The notes: generated by a model from the sequence alone, not told the origin. A DNA stretch of 64,000 bases from an uncultured Acidobacteriota bacterium (GCA_963824165.1 CAWGOM010000008.1:67140-131139), one strand, 5' to 3'. Positions 29,390 to 39,270 are shown, counted from the stretch's first letter. A program made the numbers and translations.

Positions 29390-30625
29390 CTACTGCCGCC
29401 CTGTCTGTCGTCCTTCATTCTTCAATGCCTCGGCGTGCTTCCAGAGCTCACGGAAGATGTCGACGTGGTGACGTTCTTCCTCGCCAGACAGCGAGGTGTT
29501 CGTGAACAGAATCACGCCGATATCCTTCGAGAGGTTTGTAAGCATCCAAGTCCTCAACCCGGGATCGGATCCGTTGTGTCCCATTCGAGTGACATTGAAT
29601 CTGCTTTGCCAGAAGAGTCCGGAGTTGACTTCCTGAAGGCTCACATTTGCCGGCTTGCTCGACTCAGTGTACTGAAAACGGGTCATCTCCTCTACCCAGC
29701 GCCTATCCAGGATCCTTGTCCCCCCGTACACGCCGTCGTTGATAATCGCGATGAAGAACTTCGAGAGGTCAGACACGGACGTACGGACACCGCCATCCGG
29801 ATAGGTCGTTAGCTCATAGAGCTGTATCGGAATGCTAGAGCCGTTCTGCGTCACGTACAGCGTCGTGTGCTTAACCGGATCAACCTCGGACAGACGCCAA
29901 CCTGAATTGCTCATTCCCAGAGGAACAAAGATGCGCTGCTTCGCATATGCGTTTAGCTTCATACCTACGGCGAGCTCGACAACATAGCCGGCCAGCCCGG
30001 CCGCGATGTTCGAATACTCGCGGTGCGTCCCCGGCTTGACGTTCAGGAAGTTGTCTTTCGAGTAGTGCGTCCCGCTCGGCACGACGTAGCTCTTTAGAAA
30101 GTCGCCCAAGGGCTCCGGGGCGTCGCCGCCGTAATGGTACGTCTCCTCGTAAACCGACGGTCGGTCGGTGATGCTTGAGGTATGCGTCGCCAACTGCCGC
30201 AGGGTGATCTTCTCATTCGGATAGTACGGATTGCTTACCCTGAATGGCAGGTAGGAATTGATGTCCTCATCGACGGAGAGTTTGCCCTCCTGGACCGCAC
30301 GCATCAGCGCCACGCCCGTGAACGTCTTGCTAATCGAGCCGATGTTCATGACCGTATCGGGTGTAAAGGCCACGGCGCGTCCTTTGTCGGCAAATCCGTA
30401 GCCCTTCATCCATACGACTTTCTTGTTTACGATAATGGCCGCACCAAGACCCACGATTCCGGCCGCCTCCATCCGCTGGCCAATGAGGCTGTCAATCGTA
30501 TGGTCTGCGCTTGAGGTTGGTGGTTGGGACTGGTCTCCATCCTTAACCTGTCCTGTTACCTGTCCGGTAAGCAGGTAGATGGCGGCAGTCGCGATCGCTG
30601 AAATTATTACTGCGTTGCGTTGCAC
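29390..30625 (-). CDS. beta-lactamase-fold serine hydrolase (class C / family VIII esterase-like) (cassette)
   Basis: 411-aa ORF with N-terminal anchor, S-x-x-K motif (GSISKTF) and YSN motif. Visibly more A/T-rich than its neighbours. Confidence 0.8.
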   Translation of the reverse strand: MQRNAVIISAIATAAIYLLTGQVTGQVKDGDQSQPPTSSADHTIDSLIGQRMEAAGIVGLGAAIIVNKKVVWMKGYGFADKGRAVAFTPDTVMNIGSISKTFTGVALMRAVQEGKLSVDEDINSYLPFRVSNPYYPNEKITLRQLATHTSSITDRPSVYEETYHYGGDAPEPLGDFLKSYVVPSGTHYSKDNFLNVKPGTHREYSNIAAGLAGYVVELAVGMKLNAYAKQRIFVPLGMSNSGWRLSEVDPVKHTTLYVTQNGSSIPIQLYELTTYPDGGVRTSVSDLSKFFIAIINDGVYGGTRILDRRWVEEMTRFQYTESSKPANVSLQEVNSGLFWQSRFNVTRMGHNGSDPGLRTWMLTNLSKDIGVILFTNTSLSGEEERHHVDIFRELWKHAEALKNEGRQTGRQ

Positions 30626-30723
30626 AGTGAGTCCCTTTTGCGGACACGCTGATCATCTCATCGGTTCCGAAACTCCGATGGAGCCAGGCTGACTCGGCAC
30701 CCTGCTGAGAGCGCCTTCGGGCC

Positions 30724-30799
30724 GCCTAACGGGTGGCGGGTCAGCGGCGAGTGACGAGCCGAAGGCGAGGCACGAGTCCGCTGCACCCGCGGGTTAGGC
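30724..30799 (-). repeat. attC
   Basis: Canonical 76-bp family member. Confidence 0.9.
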
Positions 30800-30802
30800 G
30801 GC

Positions 30803-32048
30803 TCAACCATTAGCTGACTCCACGGTTACCGACGTGGCCAGGCGGAAGGGTTGGACCTTGCCGTAAGTGAGACTCCGCCAGCACCACTCTGCTGGTCCAA
30901 AGCGGTATCGCGTCATCCAGGCTCGCGCCAGCACAACCTGCACCACGTAGCCTACGACGGCGACGGCAGCGAGTCCCGCCGGTCCCACTTTTCCCATGAG
31001 CGCAGGCCCGTGTGCGAAGCCGTAGAACATCCAGATGCCGAAGAGCGTCTGGAGCAGATACCACGTCAGGGCCATACGGCCCATCGGGGCGAGCAGGCTC
31101 ACCACCCGTCTCCAGCGCGCGACGAGAAACGCCAGAGCAACGGCGGACGCGTAGGCCAATGTCAGCCCGAGCTGACCTCCCTCGACGAGCAGCCGTCGAC
31201 TGAACGCCAGCCACGGATTGTCAGGAGCGCCCGTCAGAACTCTCCCGGCGAAGATGCTGCTTCCGACTACGCCAACGAGTCCTCCGACGAGAAGGACCTT
31301 TCGAAGCAACGTGCGATGCCCGCCAAGGTTCCCCAGGTTGAGCGTGCGGGCAACGTAGAGCCCGAGAATGAGGCGCCCGAAGACGGCCACTTGGTATCCG
31401 ATCTGATCGATGGAGAGGGTCAGATACCAGTCGTACCGCCAGTTCGCCTTCAGGACCTCGCTGTAGCTCCCACCGCTGAATGCGGCGAGAGCCATCGCGT
31501 CGTAGTCGGTCGTTGCCGTGACCGGGTGGGTCAGTCCGGCCTCCGCGGCCGGCGACGAGCGCTGGGAGCAGCACGCCGGTCGCCAGTGCGATTCCGAGTA
31601 GGCGCCTGGGCGCGGTTCGCACGAAGAGCGGGAGCAGTACGGCCCAGAGGGCGTAAAAACGCAGAATGTCGAAGCACCACAGGAGCCAACCATGGATTGC
31701 CCCGATCGCGAACAGCCAGAAGATCCTCCGATAGAACGGCGCGGTCACCGACGTAGCTCTGCCGCCCACTCGACTTAGGAACAGCCAGAAGCTGATGCCG
31801 AAAAGAAGCGAGAAGAGACCCATGAACTTGTTCTCGATGAAGAATCGCTCGAAGAAATAGGCGATGGTATCGAGCCGACCGCGGAATAACGACGCCCGTT
31901 GCTCCTCGGTCAGGTACTCGATACCCGAGAAGATCAGCAGGTTCGCCCAGAACACGCCAAAGAGGGCAAACCCTCGGAGTGAATCCACGAACTCCACGCG
32001 CCCGGCTGCGGGTATCGCGTCGCCGACATCTCTCATCCGTCGCCCCAA
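30803..32048 (-). pseudogene. DUF418 (YeiB-like) membrane protein, one frameshift (cassette)
   Basis: N-terminal part (ORF 31221..32048) contains FVDSLRGFALFGVFWANLL. The C-terminal part (ORF 30803..31693) contains ...MALTWYLLQT...RYRFGPAEWCWRSLTYG. The shift is near 31560. Confidence 0.8.
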
Positions 32049-32181
32049 ACGCCGGAGACGCCCATGTGATCGGTCAGGACCGCTGGAGCGTAAGCCAAGC
32101 TGTTCCCGGATGACATGAGTGGTTTCAACGAGCGAAGCGTTCCCCTCACACTGCTGCCGCGCCGCCTAGCCGTGGTCGTAT

Positions 32182-32424
32182 TCAGCCGAGAAACCTGAGT
32201 GCCTTCTGCGGCACGACTGGATAGTGGTACAACCCGCGTTCACGATTGCTCATTGTGCGGGTCACGTTGGCGAACTCGCTGTAGAACTGGCGCTTCGTCA
32301 TCCTGAACGTTCCCAAGGGCGTGACGATCTCGAACACGTCACCGTCCGCAAGCGGCTCGATTACCGATGCCCTGAACCCAAGACGGTGAAACTTGTAGCG
32401 AGCTGCTTTTCTACCTGTACTCAT
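32182..32424 (-). CDS. hypothetical protein (same cassette as the DUF418 gene, or its attC has been lost)
   Basis: 80-aa ORF. No attC was found between it and the DUF418 gene. Confidence 0.45.
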   Translation of the reverse strand: MSTGRKAARYKFHRLGFRASVIEPLADGDVFEIVTPLGTFRMTKRQFYSEFANVTRTMSNRERGLYHYPVVPQKALRFLG

Positions 32425-32446
32425 AGGTTTCTCACAACCTGGAGCC

Positions 32447-32522
32447 GCCTAACGGGTGGCGGGTCAGCGGCGAGCCCCGAAGCGAAGCGCAGGGGCGAGT
32501 CCGCTGCACCCGCGGGTTAGGC
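32447..32522 (-). repeat. attC
   Basis: Canonical 76-bp family member. Confidence 0.9.
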
Positions 32523-32780
32523 GCCGGCGACGAGGGGAAAGCGCTCGGGATGCTCGATGGATTCCACCGAGAGATCCACGTCGAGATCCGGCCAGTAGAG
32601 ATGATCTGCATGTGGCCACTCGACATTGAGAATCTTCGAAACCGGCGCGCTGGCAAACCAGGGGAACTTCTCGAACGAGACGAACAACTCCCGGCCCCCA
32701 AGGAAGAGCCAGAACCCTTGCCTCGATATGTTGGCAACTTCAACCTGCGAAGTGCCTGCGCCAAGCTTGTCGGATCTCAT
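32517..32780 (-). CDS. DUF2442-family protein (cassette)
   Basis: Starts at the Met at 32780. Contains ...VEVANISRQGFWLFLGGRELFVSFEKFPWF...HLYWPDLDVDLSVESI. The stop is the TAA in the attC core. Confidence 0.65.
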   Translation of the reverse strand: MRSDKLGAGTSQVEVANISRQGFWLFLGGRELFVSFEKFPWFASAPVSKILNVEWPHADHLYWPDLDVDLSVESIEHPERFPLVAGA

Positions 32781-32982
32781 CTTGCCGCCTCTCCAAAAGC
32801 TCTTGAATTCTAGCAATCTCGCGCTCAGGAAAGCCGTAATTTGCGTGCAACTCGACCTGCGGCTCCATCCAAAACTTCGCTTCTGCCTCAGCGGATTGGA
32901 CATGAACGTGCATCCGCGCCTCTTCCCTGGAGAAGAAGAACACTCGGATGCCGCCCTCCCGAAAGACAGTTGCTGCTTCGGC
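32740..32982 (-). CDS. DUF4160-family protein (cassette); start codon unresolved
   Basis: GIRVFFFSREEARMHVHVQSAEAEAKFWMEPQVEL...EIARIQELLERRQDEIRQAW. No ATG/GTG/TTG lies between the attC and this motif, so the start may be inside the attC. Confidence 0.6.
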   Translation of the reverse strand, partial: AEAATVFREGGIRVFFFSREEARMHVHVQSAEAEAKFWMEPQVELHANYGFPEREIARIQELLERRQDEIRQAWRRHFAG

Positions 32983-33061
32983 GCCTAACGGGTGGCGGGT
33001 CAGCGGCGAGCCGGGGCGAGCGCAGCGAGCCACGCGAGTCCGCTGCACCCGCGGGTTAGGC
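32983..33061 (-). repeat. attC
   Basis: gcctaacgggtggcgggtcagcggcgag...gagtccgctgcacccgcgggttaggc, 79 bp with a variant centre. Confidence 0.9.
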
Positions 33062-33116
33062 GGCCGGACGCCTAGGCCACTTTGGCACCACGAATGCACG
33101 GACAGGCTCTCCGATC

Positions 33117-33287
33117 TCACGGAAGGATTAGCGCGCGGACAGGGTATCCAAATGCGAGCGCCACGGTCGCGACGACAGGTGCTTGAGCGAGGGTCCAGCC
33201 GGTAGCAACCGCGGCCGTCTGCCGCCACGCGCTTGGGTTGTCACGGCGGGCCACTGTCGACCTCACTTTCATGGCGTCGCCCAGCAT
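33117..33287 (-). CDS. hypothetical small membrane protein (cassette)
   Basis: About 56-aa ORF starting at the Met at 33287, with one hydrophobic segment. Confidence 0.35.
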   Translation of the reverse strand: MLGDAMKVRSTVARRDNPSAWRQTAAVATGWTLAQAPVVATVALAFGYPVRALILP

Positions 33288-33325
33288 AGCCCGACAGGCG
33301 ACGGGTACGAGGCGGTGACACGGCG

Positions 33326-33384
33326 GCCTAACGCTCGGCATCAGCGGCACGCGTAGCGCCGTCCGCTCCATGCCGTTGTTAGAC
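33326..33384 (-). repeat. attC, short subfamily
   Basis: gcctaacgctcggcatcagcggc...gtccgctccatgccgttgttagac, 59 bp. Confidence 0.8.
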
Positions 33385-34093
33385 GGCGCCCTCAGTGGTG
33401 ACGCCAACGGTCGCAGGCCTTCCCATCTTGAGCAGCTTCCGGCCGACGAGCGCGGTCCAGATCGGCAGTGGCGCGACGCCCAGGAACCCCCCGATGGCTG
33501 AGGATGTTGTGGAGGATTTCGTTCGCCCGCTCCGTCCCCGCCGGGGGATCGCGGTTGAAGGGAAGCGGGCCGAAAGTCGGGTCAACGAAGAGGAAGTTCC
33601 CGACGGGGAAGACGGCAGCGATCATCAGACCGACACCGACCACCGTCCCGAACCACCTGAGGCCCCGGGGGAAGGCGCCAGCCACGAGCCGGTTGACGAC
33701 GATGAGCCAGAGCCCGAGCAAGCCCTGCCAGAGCATGAAGAAGGGGCCTGCGAGGACGTTGGCGATGATGAGTAGCAGAGTCAAAGTGGTGAGCACGAGA
33801 GCCGCGATGCCTGTCGCGACAATCGATCGGCGCGCGCCCGGAGAACGCTGGCCGACAATGCCGCCGAAGGAGAGCACGAGCGGGATCATGAAGAGAGATT
33901 GGACAAGGACTCCGACGTCGTGGGTCGTGATCAGAGGCCTGCAGGTCTGCTCGTCGCTCCCCGAGATCATCGTGATCAGGAACGCCCACAGGAACCCGTA
34001 GGCGACGAGGCCGATCACGCCGCTCGTGATCGCCGCTCGGCCTGCGGAGCGATACGATGCCGCGGTCGTCTTTGCGGAAGTTGATGTCGACAT
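33379..34093 (-). pseudogene. multi-TM membrane protein, one frameshift (cassette)
   Basis: ORF 33392..34093 is hydrophobic. The C-terminus ...GGFLGVAPLPIWTALVGRKLL continues in ORF 33379..33585 and ends on the TAA in the attC core. Confidence 0.55.
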
Positions 34094-34118
34094 CGTCGCG
34101 ATTCCCTCTAGATCTGCC

Positions 34119-34194
34119 GCCTAACGGACGGCGGAGCTCTTTTCGATCTCAGCCATCGCCACCGGCTGAGCAATGCTGGCCGCGAACGTTACGG
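34119..34194 (-). repeat. possible divergent attC or remnant cassette
   Basis: gcctaacggacggcgg ... gcgaacgttacgg, 76 bp with core-like ends but poor arm pairing. It lies 19 bp from the next attC. Confidence 0.4.
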
Positions 34195-34213
34195 CACAGA
34201 GCCCGATGAAGCG

Positions 34214-34289
34214 GCCTAACGGGTGGCGGGTCAGCGGCGAGCCCCGAGCCGAAGGCGAGGACCGAGTCCGCTGCACCCGCGGGTTAGGC
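34214..34289 (-). repeat. attC
   Basis: Canonical 76-bp family member. Confidence 0.9.
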
Positions 34290-34712
34290 GGCTGCACTGG
34301 GTACCTCAACCGCTTTCCGACGCCTTTCGATCGCCCAGCACATTGCGAAAGCTACTCCTGCGGCCACGAGCGCTTTCGCCAGTTGGGGCAGGAGGTCCAT
34401 CAATGTTGGTGTGACGTACCAACGCGTCGCTGACCAAGTGCATACGCCCACGAAGACGCCCACCCCTGCCGCCCAGGCCAGCGGCCTCGCCGTCTCGAGA
34501 CAAAACCCGGCCGCTACGCCGGCCAACGCCGCTCCCAGCGCGACAGGGATCGTGTTGAGCGCGTGCATCACCAACGTCTGCCAACCGCCCTGATACGTGC
34601 GACCCTCCGTGAGCTTCGAAATCAAAAGCCAGAATGGGATGATCAGCCACGATGCTAGGTAGTAAGCACCGATCATGACCAACGCGTTCCGAAGCCACAA
34701 CTGCTTCCCCAT
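34284..34712 (-). CDS. hypothetical 4-TM membrane protein (cassette)
   Basis: 142-aa hydrophobic ORF. The stop is the TAA in the attC core. Confidence 0.55.
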   Translation of the reverse strand: MGKQLWLRNALVMIGAYYLASWLIIPFWLLISKLTEGRTYQGGWQTLVMHALNTIPVALGAALAGVAAGFCLETARPLAWAAGVGVFVGVCTWSATRWYVTPTLMDLLPQLAKALVAAGVAFAMCWAIERRRKAVEVPSAAA

Positions 34713-34723
34713 GCTTTTCAGCC

Positions 34724-34799
34724 GCCTAACGGGTGGCGGGTCAGCGGCGAGCCCCGTAGCGAAGCGTAGGGGCGAGTCCGCTGCACCCGCGGGTTAGGC
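34724..34799 (-). repeat. attC
   Basis: Canonical 76-bp family member. Confidence 0.9.
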
Positions 34800-34838
34800 G
34801 GCCGCACAATGGACACCCGCGATGAAGCGTAGGCCGAC

Positions 34839-36533
34839 TCATTTGTACCTCGTGTGCCCGCGCGTCGGCGTCACAGGCTTCGCCGCGTCAGACGCACGCC
34901 GCACGTCGTCGTCTGTGAAGACTGCGAAAAGGAACGGCAGCGATTCGAGGAAGTGCAGCCAGCCTCGCAACGTCAGACCAAGATCCGACAGCCGGTCTTC
35001 ATCAACGAAGATTTGGCAGTTCTCCGGCATCGAAGGACGTAATCAGCTGCTTCGCCTCAGGATCGAACTTCTCGTGCAACAGATCAACGATCGACGGCGC
35101 ATAGTGACGGCGGTCCGGCGACGGCGGTTCCGACGGCATGCCATGGTCGGCGGTCACCGCGAGAAGATAGTTGTTCCCAACCTTTGCCTCCAGCGCACGT
35201 CAGCATCCGCGCCAGCTGACGGTCCATTTCGCCGAGTGTGACGCGGAGCTCGTTCGAATCCGGACCGTACTTGTGGCCCACGAAATCCGCGCCCTTGAAG
35301 TTCAGCAGAACGAGATCGGCGACGTTGTCTTCGCCCAGCGGGCTCGCGCTCGATCATCGCGGTCATCGCATCGGCCTCGAATGCCGGAAACAGGGCCGAA
35401 TAGCGGACCGCGACGGGCGAATCGACTCTGTGACTGCATCCACTCACCGTCCGCCGGCGGCAGTGTCCTCGCGTTTCGATCCTTCAGGTACTCGGGCAGC
35501 CGGTAACAATTGGGATTCGTGGTCCAGCCGCCCGTCTGCTGGTCGTAGCTTGCGAGCACGACCGGCGCTCCATTCAGCTGACACGCTCCATGCCCCGCGA
35601 GCGGCGTCGCCGCTCGGTCGATGCTGCCCTGCGCCAGAATGATCGCGCGACCAGCTGTCGCGAGCTGCCAGACGTCTGCCAGCGTCAATGCCATCAGATC
35701 TTGCGGCGTCGCTCCTGCGAATAGGTTGTGGCGCCGGCGGTTGATGCGATCGTACACGCTGACGCCGGTGATTCCGTGCACGCGAGGATCGGTGCCCGTC
35801 GAGATCGTCGAGTGCCCAACGGCGGTGTTCGACGGGAAGGATGTTGACTCGCGCCTGAGTGAACCAGGCGCTGCGCTGGCGCAGGGCGGTCGAGCGTCGG
35901 CATGGAGCCGGCGTACCGATCGAAGTAATCCCGACGCATGCCATCCAGGACGAGCAGCATGACCACTCGCGGTCGAGCAAACGACGTCCGCAAGACCGGC
36001 AATACACGGCCTGTCGCGGTCGGGGGCATCTGCACGCCAAGCGCACGCCGCAAGCGTAGGCGCAACGTCCTGCTGCGCCGCCGGCATCGAGTACACCCCC
36101 GTTTTCACTGCAGGGCCCGCAAACATCAGCGGAATCGAGACGTCATACGACCCACGGCGAACCGTGCATGTACGCCACGTCCGGGTCAGGCCGGGTGATG
36201 AAGTCGCCTTCACGCGGCACGATCAGGAGTTGGCCAGTTCGTCCGGGAAAGTATGCCCGAGCGAACATTTCGAGGAAGCGCTGTCGCGCCGCAAGGGTCG
36301 GCGGCATCGGCTGACGCCACACGCGGCGTTGCGCCGCCCCCAGAAGATCGCTTGACCTGCTGGCCGGAAATCGTCCAAGCCATCGCGACCAGGGTCAGGG
36401 CGAGGAGGACGGCACTGCAAGCGGTCAGCCTCGAGCAGATGACAGAGGTTCGCCGCGTCGTCACCGCACCTGCCTCAAAGAGGAGATCAGCGACCCGCCG
36501 TCGGCTTTCGCTGGGACTATCGACGCCTGACAT
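34839..36533 (-). pseudogene. alkaline-phosphatase-superfamily (nucleotide pyrophosphatase/phosphodiesterase-like) protein, many frameshifts (cassette)
   Basis: Fragments in several frames: VVMLLVLDGMRRDYFDRY, HSTISTGTDPRVHGITG, NFKGADFVGHKYGPDSNE and TADHGM-type C-terminus. The N-terminal TM segment is in ORF 36210..36533. Confidence 0.65.
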
Positions 36534-36538
36534 CGGCC

Positions 36539-36614
36539 GCCTAACGGGTGGCGGGTCAGCGGCGAGCCCCGTAGCGAAGCGCAGGGGCGAGTCCGCTGCA
36601 CCCGCGGGTTAGGC
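36539..36614 (-). repeat. attC
   Basis: Canonical 76-bp family member. Confidence 0.9.
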
Positions 36615-36623
36615 GGCTCCTTG

Positions 36624-36962
36624 TCACAGCCGTCCCGTCCCACCGAGTGGCGATACTGGCTTGCTTTTCTTCCCGCGATACTTGGCTTCGAGATCGCGCC
36701 ACCCCTTTTCCTCAAGAAGCCGGAATATGCCGGCCACCACCAATGCCAGCACGACAGCGCCAAGAAGCGATCAGCATGCCAAAGTAACTGAATTCCACCA
36801 TCCAGAACGGTGCGATACGTTTCACGCGCCCTCTCCCGCCGACACTTTCGCGACAGCGCGCGAGACAACACTGTGCAGCGCAACGGCCGATCCGAGGCCG
36901 GCCAGGATGAGGCCAGCCGCGAATAGCCGGCGACGGGATGCTAGTGCATATCGACCGTCCAT
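36624..36962 (-). CDS. small hypothetical membrane protein(s), frame-disrupted (cassette)
   Basis: A 46-codon ORF MDGRYALASRRRLFAAGLILAGLGSAV (36822..36962), then MVEFSYFGMLIAS... shifting into LGAVVLALVVAGIFRLLEEKGW... Confidence 0.3.
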
Positions 36963-36975
36963 CGTACCTAGAGCC

Positions 36976-37051
36976 GCCTAACGGGTGGCGGGTCAGCGGC
37001 GAGCCCCGAAGCGAAGCGCAGGGGCGAGTCCGCTGCACCCGCGGGTTAGGC
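36976..37051 (-). repeat. attC
   Basis: Canonical 76-bp family member. Confidence 0.9.
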
Positions 37052-37054
37052 GCC

Positions 37055-37537
37055 TCAATTATTCGTCGGGTTGACGTACACGTTAACGGTGGCCGGCACA
37101 TTAGTCGTGTTGAAGAGATACAAATGATATGCGGGAAATCCCGCGACCGCATGCGTCGACTGCGACATGAAATAGCTGGAGTCGCCAGCCGCCACCGGAG
37201 CCGTGAACTCTGCGGCTGCCAGAACCAGCTTCCGGCTTCGATAAAGCGAGTCGAAAAAGGGCCGGTCTGGAACAAGAAGAACGCCAACAACACCGTCTCG
37301 ATCCGCCCGACCTTTGAGTTCACCTGCAATCGTGACGACGAATCCACCGGCCCTCGCGACCGTCACGATACCGGCGTCGGTAAACCGTGATGCGTCAGAG
37401 CGGTCTGCGGTCGTTACGCTGAGCCCCTCAAAGGAGCTCAAGCCGGCAACCTGCGCACACAGAACCGAGGTGCCTAAGGCTATCGAGAGCAGCGAGAGAA
37501 AAGAGATACGACCCCAAACTGAGGCGCTAGGGTTCAT
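37055..37537 (-). CDS. hypothetical secreted protein (cassette)
   Basis: 160-aa protein starting at the Met at 37537, with signal peptide MNPSASVWGRISFLSLLSIALGTSVLCAQ. No family recognised. Confidence 0.55.
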   Translation of the reverse strand: MNPSASVWGRISFLSLLSIALGTSVLCAQVAGLSSFEGLSVTTADRSDASRFTDAGIVTVARAGGFVVTIAGELKGRADRDGVVGVLLVPDRPFFDSLYRSRKLVLAAAEFTAPVAAGDSSYFMSQSTHAVAGFPAYHLYLFNTTNVPATVNVYVNPTNN

Positions 37538-37600
37538 GAGCCCTCCTGATGTCTTTGGATCGGCACGACTGTATACGGGCATCAACCTTGAGCCGTTGGC

Positions 37601-37676
37601 GCCTAACGGGTGGCGGGTCAGCGGCGAGCTCCGAGGCGAAGCCGAGGAGCGAGTCCGCTGCACCCGCGGGTTAGGC
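37601..37676 (-). repeat. attC
   Basis: Canonical 76-bp family member. Confidence 0.9.
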
Positions 37677-37827
37677 GGCGGCGCCGTGCGTTCGTGACGA
37701 CCATCAGGCAGTCGAGCAATCACCAGCAGTCTCCGAGAATGCCTCGTCATGGTCGCCCAAGCGCTGGTAGATCCAAGCGAACGGCCCACATCGATTGCTA
37801 TCCAGCCCTTGTCACAGCACACGCTTG

Positions 37828-39090
37828 TTAGGTCGCTGCCGGCGAGCGGAACGGCTGCCTCCGGCCGTATGTGAGCGACCGCCATGCCCACTCGGCTGGC
37901 CCGAAACGGAACCGCCGGAGCCACCATGCGCTGGCGATTGCCTGGGCTACGAACACCGCGAGGGTCACCCCAAGGGCGGCCGTGGGGCCCACCTTGCCGT
38001 ACCACCCGAGGCCCAGTCCGTAGAAGAGGAAGACGCAAATGACGCTCTGCCCGACGTAGTTCGTGAGGGCCATCCGGCCCACCGGAGCGAAGAGATACAA
38101 CCGTGGACGCCACACCGGGCGCCGGAACAGGAGGACAATCCCACAGACGTAGGACGCCGCGAGGGCCACCACGCCGAGGTTCCAGAGCACCGTCCGCGCA
38201 ACTCTCGCCGGCCACGACTCCCCAGCCAGCACGGGGAGATACTCGTCCGCCAGGAGGATGCCCTGACAGGTCAAGCCGAGCGCGAGCCCGCGCACGAGCC
38301 CGCGCCGTACGAATGCCACGGCTGAACTTTCCTCACGATTACTCTCATGACCTGCGCTCGCACGGACGAGGATACCGGTACGGCCGGCCCACAATCCGAG
38401 AAGGAACTTCCCGAAGCTCGCGACCCCGGTCTTCAGGGCGTCGTCCGTCGACAGCCACGCCCACACATCCGCCGCGTTGGCGCGGACCACGTCCGCGTAG
38501 GAGCCGTGGGCGAAGGCCGCGTGGAGCGCGGTTGCGGTCGCCAACCGTGCCTCGAACCCGCCGCCAAGATCGACTGCTCCGCCCGTGACGACAGGGAGGC
38601 TCAACAGCAACGCTTGGACGGCGGCCGGGACGAGGACGGCGAAGGCGAGCCCCCACCCGACGAGTGTCCGGTCGCTCGCGGAAACCCAACCGATCAGCAG
38701 CAATCCGAGCACGGCGTAGAGGTGAAGGATGTCGCCGTAGTAGATCAGCAACGCATGAGCCACGCCGAAGAGGAAGAGCCACAGCATCCTCCGGACGTAG
38801 AGGGGCTTCACGGCGCCCCCGCGCCCGCTCGCTCGCTGCATCTGGAGCGCGAAGCCGAGGCCGAAGAGAAAGGAGAAAATCGAGATGAACTTGTTGACGA
38901 CGAAGAAGTTCTCGAACTCGAGCACGAAAGGATCAAAGGCAGCGGTCGGCAGGCGTGCTGCGGCGTCTGGTTCGAGGTCCCCGTAACCGCTGAAGAACCA
39001 CAGGACGTTGGCCCAGAGCACGCCGAACAGGGCGAAGCCGCGGAGGACGTCGAGGACATCGATCCGCTCCCCGGTTGCGACCGGCGTCAG
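37828..39090 (-). CDS. DUF418 (YeiB-like) membrane protein (cassette); start uncertain
   Basis: ORF 37828..39021 plus an in-frame upstream ERIDVLDVLRGFALFG motif. The C-terminus is RRFRFGPAEWAWRSLTYG. No canonical start lies upstream of the motif. Confidence 0.75.
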   Translation of the reverse strand: MTPVATGERIDVLDVLRGFALFGVLWANVLWFFSGYGDLEPDAAARLPTAAFDPFVLEFENFFVVNKFISIFSFLFGLGFALQMQRASGRGGAVKPLYVRRMLWLFLFGVAHALLIYYGDILHLYAVLGLLLIGWVSASDRTLVGWGLAFAVLVPAAVQALLLSLPVVTGGAVDLGGGFEARLATATALHAAFAHGSYADVVRANAADVWAWLSTDDALKTGVASFGKFLLGLWAGRTGILVRASAGHESNREESSAVAFVRRGLVRGLALGLTCQGILLADEYLPVLAGESWPARVARTVLWNLGVVALAASYVCGIVLLFRRPVWRPRLYLFAPVGRMALTNYVGQSVICVFLFYGLGLGWYGKVGPTAALGVTLAVFVAQAIASAWWLRRFRFGPAEWAWRSLTYGRRQPFRSPAAT

Positions 39091-39194
39091 TGAGCTCGTA
39101 CCTACCTCAGTTGTCAGCGGACCCCCAAGCGCGTAACCACATGCGCGACTCGGGCAAGAAGGAAGAACTCGGGGACCCCATTCGTCACACCGCC

Positions 39195-39270
39195 GCCTAA
39201 CGGGTGGCGGGTCAGCGGCGAGCCCCGTAGCGAAGCGTAGGGGCGAGTCCGCTGCACCCGCGGGTTAGGC
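39195..39270 (-). repeat. attC
   Basis: Canonical 76-bp family member. Confidence 0.9.

Noticed and set aside
32049-32181. Expected an attC between the DUF418 gene and the 80-aa ORF; only gcctagc at 32164 was seen
   Set aside because: There are no arm sequences and no inverted partner. I treated this as a two-ORF cassette or a lost attC.
37750-37833. GTTAGGT overlapping the stop of the DUF418 gene (37827-37833), with a right arm loosely resembling the short attC subfamily, suggesting an extra attC
   Set aside because: I could not find a matching left arm or RYYYAAC core within 60-120 nt. It may be a decayed site, but the evidence is too thin to annotate.
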